Source: Podarcis gaigeae (taxonomy: Eukaryota). Taken from it: 64,000 nucleotides of DNA. Positions 36,301 through 47,500 of the stretch are shown here, one piece after another. Where the stretch lies: the NCBI GenBank assembly GCA_964106915.2, contig OZ066914.1. The stretch is one strand, 5' to 3'. Position 1 is the first letter of the stretch. Each line of letters starts with the position of its first letter. A program made the position numbers and the translations under genes. The notes under the pieces were generated by a model. The model worked only from the letters and a program-made list of their open reading frames with translations, was not told the origin of the DNA and did no database searches.

Positions 36301-39300
36301 CCACTGACATTGGAGTTGAATCAGTTCTGAAGAGTTTCCAGAGTGATTTTCCAGAGATGGGGTACTGTCACCCAAAAGGCTCTGTGTTAGAAATCATAAT
36401 ATGCAGCCATGCTTACCTACAGGCAAGCCCAATATATGTTTTGATGACGGAAGTTCAAACCGAAATCTTCTGGTATCGTGACTGATCTCCTGTAAAAACA
36501 CAAAAAGGTGGGTACTGTAGGGTTATGCTATGTAACAAAACATTCCAAAACTTCAAATTTTTAAAGTCACATAATACTCTTCATGGATTTGCTTTGATTA
36601 GCAGAATAGGCACTACTACAGGTGCCACATAATGCCCATTCCACATTTGTAAGAACTTGATTCTTTATTCCTGAATTGCAGGGGGTTGGACTAGATGACC
36701 ATGGGTGTACCTTCCAATTCTACAATTCTATCATTCTGTGGTCATCTACTGTGGAAGCACCTACATTTTGCATGTAATCAGAACTGTCTTGTGTGCTTTC
36801 ATCTCTTCACTTGTTTTTTCAATCTTGCTTCCCAGCCAAGCTCCTTAAAAAGCTTACAGGTAAAATTATACCCTTGGCAAACAATACCTTCCACTTCGAC
36901 TTAGCTTCTGCCCTGTTTTACTTCAGCCAATCATCTGGCACTGACTTAAGATTGGCTTAAGAACAAAAGAGGGGCCAGGCTAGATCAATCTGGTGTGTTT
37001 TGCTTCCTACAGGGCTCAATCAGATATTTCTGGGACACTTATGAGCAGGACATAAAAGCATTTAGGCAAATCCATCTGACCCTGTTGGTCCAGCCACAGT
37101 GATTGCTTCCCCACTCTGTCCATGCAATGGCTGTTTAGGGATGTGGCATTCTTCTTTCACTTGAAGAAAGTTACTTGGTTCATTACATTGCACAACAAAT
37201 TCTGACATAAGTCATGTCTCTGAAATAAAAGTAGCCATTTCTTATAGATCTTGAGGTGCTTAACAGAAATGCAACAATGAAAACACTAAAATGACTAGTT
37301 TCATAGAGATATGGAAAGGTTTACTATACACTATATTTTTTGCTCTATAAGACACACTTTTCCCCTTCTAAAAAGTAAGGGGAAATGTGTGGGCATCTTA
37401 TGGAGTGAATGCAGGCTGCGCAGCTATCACTGAAGCCAGGAGAGCAAAAGGGATTGGTGCGCACCGATCCCTCTTGCTCTCCTGGATTCAGGGAAAGCCA
37501 CGCAAAGCCTCTTGAGTGCAGCAGGAGCACTCCTCCCTCTTCACTCAAGAGGCTTTGCATTGCTTTTTTGTTTTCCTCCTCTAAAAACTAGGTGTGTCTT
37601 ATGGTCGGGTGCGTCTTATAGAGTAAAAAATACGGCAATTGAAGAATATGCACATGCAACATGCATTGCTTAAGCCGGCTTCTACATCCAATGCCGCTTA
37701 GCCTGTCACTTGCATAGCTGTTCAGGAGCATCTCTGGGCAGCGTCAACAGAAGTCAGCAAACATGGCAGCAGACCACTTCCACTGGAATCGTTTCTCCAT
37801 CGTTGCAATTTCCTGATGAAAACTCATCACTAGCCATACCACAGTTGTCGGGAAAGAAATTCAAGTGGGAATGGAGAAAGTGGATCTTTAAGGACATATT
37901 GCAGCCAGGTTTGCTATACAGTGACATGTCTTCGACCAGTTCCTTGTAGTTTTCTGCTCTGACATTCCCGTGAAAGCTAGCTGACACCAGACAAAACACA
38001 TCTCAAGCTTTTTTTCTCACCACACTGAATGATTCCAAGGACATCAGGCCATTTACATTTTAGCAGAACATAAGGTTATCTTCATGACTAGCATGAATCC
38101 AAGTCACTCAGACAATTTCCTTCAGAAGATTCCATTGCTGAAGTCTTGATCATAGTAACTCCGCTTTGGCCTTGCACAGCTCTACAGTTCACAAAACAAG
38201 ATTGTTCAGTTCTTCTTGTGTAAGAGTGTGTGGACTTTGAAATACAGTGTTGCCAAATGAAATTGTGTACTCAATGTGGACTGGTTCATTTAGACAGGAT
38301 CATCTTTGTGTGGATATTTTCACCCCCTCCCACCCATTGCGAAAATCTCCTCATGTTTTCAGAAAGGAGGGGGCGGAAACTGTTCTTTGCTTCTTCCGCT
38401 CCTGCCTGACTCTGTGAGAGTCTGTGTGTTATCTCTGTAGTGATTAGATGGCTGAGTGAGAGCTGTAACACTCATGCAAGCCAGTACCTCTTTAATTTAG
38501 TTTGCAGTAGCTATTAGAAATAAAAGAAGTTATGCTTCACAGCTTTCTTCTGTGTTGTTCATACTCTGCTGAGTTTGGTGCTCACAACTCACAGTTGTGG
38601 GTGCAGTGCACTTAGACCTGATTTCTAGGAGTGGAAGGTCTTTGGAAGTGGTCTCCATCTGCCTAGCCCAGTCGTGGCAGATCCAGTTGTTGAGCCCAGT
38701 TGTTGGCATCGGCTCAAAGGCGTACTGACACTCTGTATCTCCTAAACAGGAGCCAATCAACTAATGTTAATGTCATTTTTGTGCTCAGCACCTTGAAATT
38801 AGTAAAGATTGGCTATTTTTATTTCAGAGGCATTTTGTGCATTGTGCAGTGATTTGGCACAGAGACACAGCCGTAACACAGGGAAAATATGTTAAAGTTC
38901 GTTTCTTGCTATGAAATGCAAACACCTAGGAGGGGTTCTAGTTCAGTGACTGAATACACAGCTTAGGTCCTTACTCCCTCATCCAAACCTGCCTGGATTT
39001 TGAGATCTTCAGCGGAGGCTTTTCTCTCAGTCCCACCACCCTCACAGGCAAGCTTGGTGGGGACGCAGGAGAGGGCTTTCTCGGTATCAGTGCTTCTCAA
39101 CCTGTGGGTCGCCTGATGTTGTTGGACTACAACTCCCATCATCCCTGAGTTCTGGCCTTGCTAGCTAGGGGCGATGGGAGTTGTAGTTCAACAACATCTG
39201 GGGACCCACAGATTGAGAAAGGCTGCCCAGGTAGCTGCTCCCAGACTCTGGAACCCCCTACTTGCTGTCCTTCTGGCAGCTGAATACTTTCCTGCTCCAA

Positions 39301-41809
39301 CAGGCTTTTAGGAATTGACTTCTTTTAATTAGAGGGCTGGTGCCATGTTGCTTTTAGGGTAATTATATTTTTAAAACAGATTTTATATACGTATACAATT
39401 TTAATTCTATCAATGTTTAATTGTATTTTAATGATTGGTTTTTCCATGTTTTTAGTTATTCTTGTTTTTTTATCTGCAAGCTGCATTGATTTCTGTCAGA
39501 GAAACACAAGGTATAAATAAATCTAACAAAAATAGCAAGAGATTCTTAATCTCAGAGTCAAGGGTTCGAGCCCCACACTGGGCAAAAGATTCCTGCATTG
39601 CATCCTGATGACCTTTGTTATCCATTACAACTCTGCAATTCTATGATTCTAATAATAAAGAGCACAACTTTTGCATGTATGAAGCCCCTGGTTTAGTCCC
39701 TGACATCTCCAATTAAAAGGAACTCATCCTGGAGAGCTACTGCCAGCCAAAATAGACAATACGATTGTGGATGGACCAATGGCTTAATTCAGTGTAAGAC
39801 CACTTAGTGCATTCAAACCATGTAAGAGCAGATAATTTACCTCTCTCTCTCTCAAACACAATGCATACTTGACATTTGGATCTTGCAAAGTAATTGGACC
39901 TTTCTTCTTCCGAGAGGCCATTGGTTTAAAAACCAACAAGGCAACAGATATTGCAACCACCATCCCAACGATCAGGAAAGAGAGATCCTGGAAGAGGAAA
40001 AAAACACACACACACAGCAAGTAAGTACTGTTGCATGAAACCCCAATCTCTGAGCGGTGCAAGATGCCAGGGGTTCCAGGCACTTACCCTGGGCTCGGTT
40101 TCCTCAGAATGAGGGATAACAGAGACTGTGGTGCCTTTAGGATATATGGTTTATTTACACATATATACAACCTGTGCCTAAGATGGAAGGGCTCACAGCA
40201 TTATCACCCCATAAAGTCTTGCTTCTCCCATAGTCACAATCCTGGAATCAAACAGAAATCAAGCATGGCTCTCACTCTCTGGCTTCTGCCTGCCAGTTCA
40301 CACACACAATGGCCATTGTCCTTTCAATAACCAGCCATGTGAGGGAAGGGGGCCCACCTATCTTTCATCTGGCACAAAGCAATCTCCTTAGGGCCACTAA
40401 CTCACCAAGAAGCTTACTTCAGCACTTGAATCCTCTATTAGATTTTAACCCTTGATGGAACTAGGACCCCAGGATTAAGAAAAGCGACTCGGGCATCATG
40501 CAGGCTAACTGCCCCACAAAACACTAAATGTGCTACAGGTGTAAGGCTTTGCTACACAGTTGTGCCAGTTTAGCATCACATTTCCATAGCAGTTTTCAGC
40601 CCTGAACAATGTGCTTCACCGTAATGACGTCACAGCCCCTTCCAATTCCATGCAGTAGATATCCCTGAGAAACAGAAGCTTGCTTAAAGCAATACTGTGA
40701 GTCAAATGGTAAAGCAAGACTTTGAGGCTTGAATTGCTCAAGGACAATTGCAGGCAGGAAAGATTGGTTTATCTGCATGTTGTGTGCAAGGCTCAGGATA
40801 AAGTAACAAAATGCACAGAACTGGTCCTACAAGAACCAGTCTAATCCAAAAACCACCTCTCTCATTTCATGTCAAGACACTTGTGCACTTGGCAATCATC
40901 ATCAGAGATGGATTTAGGGTTCAGCCGCACTGGACGCACGCAGAGCCTCGGGCGGGGGTAGTACTGCAACTATGATTTAGAATGGGGCAACATAGTGCTG
41001 AATATTGGCATCACCCAGGGCACTGCTGAAATTTGGGACCCCAAGATCTGTCACTGCCATCAGCTCTCACTTTTATATGCACAGTCACTTACATCAGTGC
41101 TTGCCAGTGGTCCTCAAACCCCAAGGAGACTGTATAGGCCACCCAGAGGGTGAATGGCACACGACAAAACCTACCGTAAAAGTATCAAAATTCTCAAAAG
41201 TGAGAAAGTCCATAGCTTGTGGCTTTGTTTCTTTTTGAGAAACAGGGGGTACTTAGCTAATTGGGAACCACCAACTTGCATGGATGAGGTCGCCAGCTTT
41301 TCAGTCTGCCCCTCCATGGGACTTGCTGCCCTTCATGCTTCTCTGCAGGCTTGCAAAAAAGGCTTCAGCTGTGCATTTCTGCACACCAATAGGCAGCTAA
41401 AAGGCACAAGAGCAGATCTGGCCATCTCCCGCCCCCTGTAAGTTGGCAACCCTAATTAGACTCTCAAATAAAGAAGGAAATGATGAGAACAACGCGGGGG
41501 GGCACACCTCGTTTGAGGAAGGAAAAGCTGTTGAGGAAGTAACTCATCTGAAGCAGTTTATTTTCAGTTATTCGCCTTCACTCACTACCGCGCAGCCCTA
41601 AATTCGGCAGGAACCCATATCCCGAATGCCAGAGGCAACGATTCATTGGGGAGGAAGGTAAACAAAGGCGAATGGCCTTTTCAGGCACCTGGCCGTACAA
41701 AGGGCACTAGCGTCCCCGGACTGCCTTCGCTGGGCTGGGAGGGAGAGGGTCCCCTTGGCGCCCCACCCCACCCGCCCGACGCCGCTTTCCTCACCACACT
41801 GGACTCCAT
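27519..41809 (-). CDS. CYB5R2: NADH-cytochrome b5 reductase 2, complete 9-exon gene, 304 aa
   Basis: Exons of 15+147+73+107+130+84+86+100+173 nt give a continuous frame. FAD motifs RAYTPVS and GGKMS; NADH motifs AGGTGITP and MCGPPPM. Lies between PPFIBP2 and OVCH2. Confidence 0.96.
27787..28134 (+). mobile_element. Sauria SINE
   Basis: Head and core present; 14-bp TSD taagaatacatcag. Confidence 0.93.
28857..28956 (-). CDS. CYB5R2: CYB5R2 exon 8 ([12 protein letters not shown]...[10 protein letters not shown])
   Basis: cgatag| ... G|gtaagc, 100 nt. Confidence 0.95.
29389..29474 (-). CDS. CYB5R2: CYB5R2 exon 7 ([15 protein letters not shown]...LFANQ)
   Basis: ttatag| ... CAG|gtgagt, 86 nt. 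Confidence 0.95.
29815..30033. mobile_element. hAT (Charlie-like) MITE, 219 bp
   Basis: Perfect 15-bp TIRs cagtgtttttcaacc; perfect 8-bp TSD ctctataa. Confidence 0.9.
30156..30849. repeat. 154-bp tandem repeat, about 4.5 copies, inside the MITE
   Basis: atgtgatctgat recurs at 30156, 30310, 30464, 30618 and 30772. Confidence 0.95.
30972..31136. other. Assembly gap (165 N)
   Basis: Run of n characters. Confidence 0.99.
31152..31921. mobile_element. Nested Tc1/mariner-type MITE with GC-rich ~120-bp internal tandem repeats
   Basis: TA + ccgtatttttcgcac ... gtgcgaaaaatacgg + TA; gctgcggatagcagcctgc at 31420, 31540 and 31659. Confidence 0.85.
33000..33083 (-). CDS. CYB5R2: CYB5R2 exon 6 ([10 protein letters not shown]...GMIAGGT)
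   Basis: acatag| ... G|gtatga, 84 nt. Confidence 0.95.
33361..33396. repeat. (TTTC)n microsatellite
   Basis: Direct read. Confidence 0.95.
33954..34083 (-). CDS. CYB5R2: CYB5R2 exon 5 ([18 protein letters not shown]...VYKGS)
   Basis: aaacag| ... G|gtacaa, 130 nt. Confidence 0.95.
35863..35969 (-). CDS. CYB5R2: CYB5R2 exon 4 ([25 protein letters not shown]...IIK)
   Basis: acctag| ... AAG|gtatat, 107 nt. Confidence 0.95.
36069..36145. repeat. (GA)n / (AAGAG)n purine tract
   Basis: Direct read. Confidence 0.9.
36417..36489 (-). CDS. CYB5R2: CYB5R2 exon 3 ([25 protein letters not shown])
   Basis: ttacag| ... G|gtaagc, 73 nt. Confidence 0.95.
36665..36735 (+). mobile_element. CR1-like LINE 3' end
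   Basis: gggttggactagatgacc...ccttccaattctacaattcta; a similar tail lies at about 39590-39650. Confidence 0.6.
37186..38851 (-). mobile_element. Degenerate Chapaev3-like (CMC) DNA transposon with transposase remnant
   Basis: Ends ca[t/c]tgcacaa / ttgtgcagtg; subterminal inverted match ctctgaaataaaa.tagcca; ORF 37754-37999 contains [25 protein letters not shown]. Confidence 0.7.
37331..37635. mobile_element. Tc1/mariner-type MITE nested in the Chapaev-like element
   Basis: ctatattttttgctctataagacacac ... gtgcgtcttatagagtaaaaaatacgg; related to the 29795 and 31152 elements. Confidence 0.75.
39088..39225. mobile_element. Palindromic hAT-derived MITE (gactacaactcccatc family) inside an L2-like fragment
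   Basis: cagtgcttctcaacc ... ttgagaaaggctg; internal inverted repeat actacaactcccatc / gatgggagttgtagt. Confidence 0.7.
39841..39987 (-). CDS. CYB5R2: CYB5R2 exon 2 (TM anchor + [27 protein letters not shown])
   Basis: ttccag| ... GAG|gtaaat, 147 nt. Confidence 0.92.
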
Positions 41810-42100
41810 GATCCAAGACTGCAGGTCTCCCACGGAGAGCGCGACCGGCTTGGCGACGGGACCTGACGCCTTTCTTCCCTCAGGCGTTTATAGCCCGCTC
41901 TCTCTCCTCCTCTCTGGCGCGCTAACGCCTCCGGGACCTTTTCCCGCCCAGCTTAAAGTTAAAGAGCAAAGTCCCTCGTTGAAGTTAAAGAGCAACCGGT
42001 TCCCTCGCTTCTGCGACTGCTGCACGGCCTGTTCCAGAAGCGCCTTGGAGACCTCGACGCGCCTCGCGTCTCTGAACGGTTTCTGCTCAGGGCGTAGTCA
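41580..42100 (-). promoter_or_regulatory. CYB5R2 CpG-rich promoter with TATA box (41887-41892) and GC box (41943-41949)
   Basis: Locally CpG-dense; TATAAA on minus strand about 80 nt upstream of the ATG; GGGCGGG further upstream. Confidence 0.75.
41795..41809 (-). CDS. CYB5R2: CYB5R2 exon 1 coding part (MESSV)
   Basis: Strong Kozak context gatcATGG; GTG|gtgagg donor, phase 0; in a CpG-rich region below a TATA box. Confidence 0.8.
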
Positions 42101-42300
42101 GGCTTCATGTTGGGAAATCAAAACCTCAGTTAGTTAAGTATTTGTTTTTCTTGTTGGGAAGAGGGCAGCTGCCCCCCCCTACTGCCTTTCCCTTGGTTAC
42201 TCCCATGGTTCACGGGTTGGCAGAACCGTGAGGAGGCATTGGAGGGACCTGGGTAAAGTTACTAGAATCTACCATGCAGCTTTTTTGAGGGGGGGGGGAG

Positions 42301-42562
42301 TGTTAAGTTGTGGGTGAACATATCAGAGGACAGAGCGATTCTTCAAACAGCTCTTGTTTATTCACAGGCCAGAACAGAACTGAACTGAAGGGTTCAGCCA
42401 GCCTGCTTATATAGAGCTCCACTAGAACGCAACAGTAACCATTTTCTGTAACTATCCAATCACTGAACGTCACTTTCTATCCCTTATTTGTATGTGGACC
42501 TGAGTGAAAACTATCTACAGTATCCCCCTGCTGGCCCAGGGTGAGAACTTCAGTACATAACA
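42301..42562 (-). mobile_element. Solo LTR, 262 bp
   Basis: TGTTA...TAACA ends; 5-bp TSD gggag; minus-strand TATATAA (42407-42413) then AATAAA (42357-42362). Confidence 0.8.
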
Positions 42563-43502
42563 GGGAGGCAATTGTTCTTAATTTTCATTTTCCAATACAC
42601 AAAAAAACCCATAATGACAACAGAAAAGAGCAAAGGAAGGAAGGATGTGAGGAGTGAGTATTCCCAAAACAGCATTATGATTCCAGGCAATCACCCTTCC
42701 TGAACATAATATCCAAGAATGTTTTTCCCAAAGGAATCCACAGGAAGAGAGCAGCTGTCAATCATATTCCTTTGCTTGAGCATATTCAATAAATGGATGC
42801 CAAACTATAGAAAAGTTGTCCTTCGCTTTTGGATGTATGTTTTGTTAACTTTCCCATTAATGCAATGGTCCAGAACTGGAGGTCCCAATAGTTTTGCAAA
42901 TCTCCTGCAGCAGACTTCCAGTGTTTGGCCACTGTGAGCCTGGCTGTTGTGAGCAGGAATCGGAGTAGCTCTTTATTAGAAACCTCAGTTTCCCAACCAT
43001 CACATAAATATTAAATGTCCATCATCGGTTCAATAGGAGAATGCACCATGTGATTTGATAAACCATATTTATTTGTATTTTTTAAAAAAAAATAGTAAAG
43101 ATTCAGGAAAATTACAGAAGTATGGAAGGATCCTGGACGTATATTAGGATCTTGGGATAGGAGGAATCCGTGGTGTAGTAGTAAATTATGAACAGCTGAA
43201 ACTCTTCATGACATTCCCCTCCTCCAAGATACCCCCCCCCCCAGTCAGGTCCCTTCCAAGACTCTACAAGTAAAGTTAACCAGGCAGTGCTGGCACTATG
43301 ACTTCAATACCAAGTCAGGTTATCTTACCCTCTTGCTTTGCTTAACATCCAGCCATATTAAGAGTTCAATGGCACCACCCACCCAACCCAATGACATCTA
43401 CTTTCCTTGCCCTTGCTTCAAACTACAGGCAGTTGAGAGTGTGCTTTTAAAAAAGATCATACACCCATTTAAAGAACAGTTATCTTTACTGTGGGTAAAG
43501 AT

Positions 43503-43861
43503 GGGATGCGGGTGGCGATGTGGGTAAAACCTCAGCGCCTAGGGCTTGCCGATTGCATGGTCGGCGGTTCAAATCCCCACGGCGGGGTGAGCTCCCGTCG
43601 TTCGGTCCCAGCGCCTGCCCACCTAGCAGTTCGAAAGCACCCCCGGGTGCAAGTAGATAAATAGGTACCGCTTTATAGGGGGAAGGTAAACGGCGCTTCC
43701 GTGTGCTGCGCTGGTGCTGGCTCGCCAGAGCAGCTTTGTCACGCTGGCCACGTGACCCGGAAGTGTCTCCAGACAGCGCTGGCCCCCGGCCTGTTAAGTG
43801 AGATGGGCGCACAACCCTAGAGTTGGACACGACTGGCCCGTACGGGCAGGAGTACCTTTAC
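43503..43861 (+). mobile_element. Sauria SINE, full length (same subfamily as 17768)
   Basis: Head, core and ACCTTT tail; direct repeat tatctttactgt at 43481 and 43862. Confidence 0.93.
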
Positions 43862-44483
43862 TATCTTTACTGTAAGGCTGTAGTGACCATTCCAGGTTAC
43901 AGTAAATCTATGAATTATCCTTAATCTTCATCAAGTGCTTCTACCTAAGTAATCATTAAATGCACACAGAAACTTAAATATGCACACACCAATCAAACCT
44001 TTATTAATAAATGAATATCCCAATGTGAGGACAGAACAGATGTTTCCATGTGTGGGGGGGCGGGGTTTGCAAACCTGCTTTTTTTGACTAAGACTCTGGA
44101 GCATGAAGAAAAGAAACTGAAAGTACATGTGCTTCTTCTAGATGTCTGAAAGTGATCTTACTGTCATATGGCATGATAAATTAAAAAATGCATATTAATA
44201 GATTTTTTAAAAAATAATTTATGTTACCTTACATTATAAAAAAATATTCACATGAAACATTTCATTGGGGAAAACTCACATGCTCCCAGTAAGTTCAATG
44301 TGACTTACTCCTAGGAAACTGTGCATAGAATTGCAGCAACATTATTTATAAATGGAAATGTCCAAAGCTGCACTGATATATTTTACGCATGTGAAGGCTA
44401 TGTCTTCTTCTTCAAATTATGAAACATGCAGTCCATGAACTCTAGAACAAAGCTGTCAAGTCACATGGTTTAGCTGTTGATCT

Positions 44484-44503
44484 TCATTCCTGGCTTGAGG
44501 AGT
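44484..44503 (-). CDS. OVCH2: Probable OVCH2 terminal coding exon (NSSSQE*)
   Basis: ctcttttgcag| acceptor, phase 1; minus-strand AATAAA at 44000-44005 followed by GU-rich sequence. Confidence 0.5.
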
Positions 44504-47500
44504 CTGCAAAAGAGGCAAGACAGTCAAGTCTAAGTATAAAACAGCCAAGAGATCATATCCATCTAATTATAATGATGCTGTGGCAAACTTGTTATGGGCA
44601 AATGACCTAGGATCATTTAGGTCGACCCCCACCAAGAGCACAGGACCAGAGGGCAGGTGCAAAAATTATGCCTCTCCATTCTGGCTCAGAGTGGCTGGGA
44701 GCCCTCCTGCCTGTCTGCATGCTCTCTGAGCTGCTCCTCCACTGCTCTGGGTGGCTGGGCAAGGGATGCAAGTTCTCTGGGCACCTTGGCAGAGCAGTGC
44801 TATTAGAAGTGTGGGAGGAGGGAACAAAGAATGATGGAGAGAACCAGCAAGAGTTGCAGGAAGAGGAAAAAGACAGAAGCAAAAGTAGTGAGTGGAAGGA
44901 GGCAGGGAAGCAGATGGACCAATGGCAGAGGAGGAGAGGAGGTGGAGCAGACCCTGATGGCCATGAAGGAAGTCACTGGCAGAGCGTGAAAGGTGACAAA
45001 AAGCAAAGTTTTTTGTTCTTTCCCAGCTTTGGAGGCACAGATATCTCCTTGTGAAAAATGCAAGGGGTGGGGGTGGGGGTGTATGTACTGATACAGCAAC
45101 TTACCAAGGGTGCCAGTGAGCCTAGGTCTGCCTCTGGTTATGGGGAAAGCAGCCCTCTCTAAAAATGGCTTTTAATTAAGTGCTACTACCACTTGTGATG
45201 AATTCAAAAAGACCCCAGAGGTTGTGTTCCTAGCAGTTCAAAACACTTCACACTTGTGTTCCAGTTTCAATAGGTGAACACAATTTTGTGAGTCTTGGGA
45301 CCCCAGCCTAGGGTCAGTGTTGGTGCAGCCACAGTTGATTGGAAGAGATGGAGGAATAATTTTAATATACAGAACTAAGAGAGAAGTGGGAAGAGGGAAG
45401 GCAAACAGGAAAAGGCCATAGGGAGGTTGAGGGAGAAATGGAGTTTTAGACAGGTGCCTCACATGGGTTAAGAACCTCTAATTAGAGTGTTTGACAAGGT
45501 GGATCATTCATGGATTAAGCCTGCATGGTATCACTGCAATAAAATACATTGGCATGGGAAATAATGTAGTCATTGCTTAACCTGATGGCCTACTATACAC
45601 TTTCAGATGACCAATAACTGTAAAGCAGCAACTGTTTTGGTTCGCTTGAGCAAAATCAAGCAAGAGTATTGTGGAGGCCTGAAGGCCAATTTATTGTGGA
45701 ACAAGCCTTTGTGGCAGAGCTAGGGTCTTCATCAACGTAAGGAGGGGCAGTCATGGCCTTACTGTAGTATGTGTGGTAGGCAGAGCGAGAGGAGGTGTTA
45801 GGAGCAGAACTGGCTCCTGCAGTAGGAGACCAGACATTTTTCAGGGCTGGACTTTGGTAATATGGCACCCTGTGAGGACAAAATTTGGCATCCCCTCCCT
45901 AAATTTTCCTTGTTTTCACTCCCTCCTCCCTCTTGCCTTCTGTTCTGCGTATCCATATAAATATAGGTATGATGGTGATGATGATGATGATGATGATGCA
46001 CTCCCTCTGCTCAGCAACCTGTGCAGATGAACCCCCCTCGCTCCCTAAATCCAGTGCTACGTCTTCATGCTGTCTCCCCACTTTCTGTTTCTCTCATCCA
46101 ACAAGACCCTGAGTAGCCTGGTGATTCTCCAGAGGAGGTGAACACACATGTGATGTGTTTATGTTGCCTTCTTGTGGCCAAAGACAAGAAGCACAGGACT
46201 TCGTCCCAGAGCAGGTGCATGTGTGCAATTACATTAGCACTGCTTCCATCTCCTCTAACACGTGCAGGGGGTGCCAGTAGGTCTGTGACACTTCTATACA
46301 GCCCCACATGTCTGTGGGAGCATACTGGACATCCCTCCTTAGAAAGCGTCCCTCCAGATTGGATGCTGTTGTTAAAATAAACACAGATGCCTACTGGTTC
46401 CATATATGTGCTGACCAATCCAATTGGTGAAAGACGCAACATTTGTATAAACTCCTGGATAGCCAGTTCTTCCACAACCATGGCCCCAGCTTATTATTCC
46501 ATTAAGGGTGTAGTAGCTTGACTCTTCTGATGGACAAACCAGTGGACCTCCTGAATCACCCTAATAAAAATGAACAGAGCTTAAAGTCAATGTATACCTA
46601 TTTGTAAGTTGACGAGGAAAGATACTTTCAAGAGCCATCAGTGTGACCTCAGTTTACACATTCTGCATTTTCTAAATATTAAGGGGTATTGCTATTCGTG
46701 TCCTTATCTTCAGACTGTAGGCTAAAGCTAGCAACGAAGAAATGAATGCAGTGCCTGTCTCCTGCAACCACCACTGTTGCCAGCTTTAAGCTGCTCATTC
46801 TTTTATCATTTGCCAGCACACAGGTATGACAGCAAGTAGGTACTCAACAGAGTGAAAGATAGCAATCTATAGAGCTCTGTTTCTGGATGGTTATGGTAAG
46901 AGACACTATTGCAGAGTAAGGAATAAGGAATTGTGACCAAAAATAATAATATTTCAGATGAGGTTTCCTGCCAACAAAACAGTTCCACTGACATTCATAT
47001 GAAACCTTCAAGCAGTTATAGACCAGATGCTGCAGCAAAGTGATGCTTTCCTGACTGCCTCACCCCTCACTCTGAAGAAGGGCCCTCTTCCTCAGAATGA
47101 TGCAGAGCATGGCAATGTCATTGCCACTAAGATAACAGCAAAACACTGTTTAAAAAGCAGTGGGGAGGTGAGGGAACCACAGAAGGTAGAAATGGAGAGG
47201 CCACTAGCAGGAGAAATCATGAGATATTGATTAATATCCACTGTCCTTGTTCAATAGCTTTCTCACTCATGGCTTTGCACGTGCAAAAATCAAACATGCT
47301 TACGAGATCTTAGAAGAACAGATATTTCATCTCAGCTTCTACCATGACATTAATTAATTAGAAGAGTAAATTAATTAATTTACTCTCATGGGGTAAATTT
47401 GCCTATCCCTAGTTTCATTTTCCACTCTGTGTTTTAGTACTTGGTAGTTATGGCTACACAAGAACCAGAAGAAGCTTTGCCTTGGCTCTAATAAAGTTAT

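Noticed and set aside
40029-40523. Possible second solo LTR in CYB5R2 intron 1
   Set aside because: Has TGTT...AACA-like ends and a minus-strand AATAAA, but I could not find a TSD, so the boundaries are unsupported.
41646-42137. 163-aa ORF antisense to CYB5R2 exon 1
   Set aside because: GC-rich promoter sequence is depleted of stops; non-ATG start and no recognisable domain.
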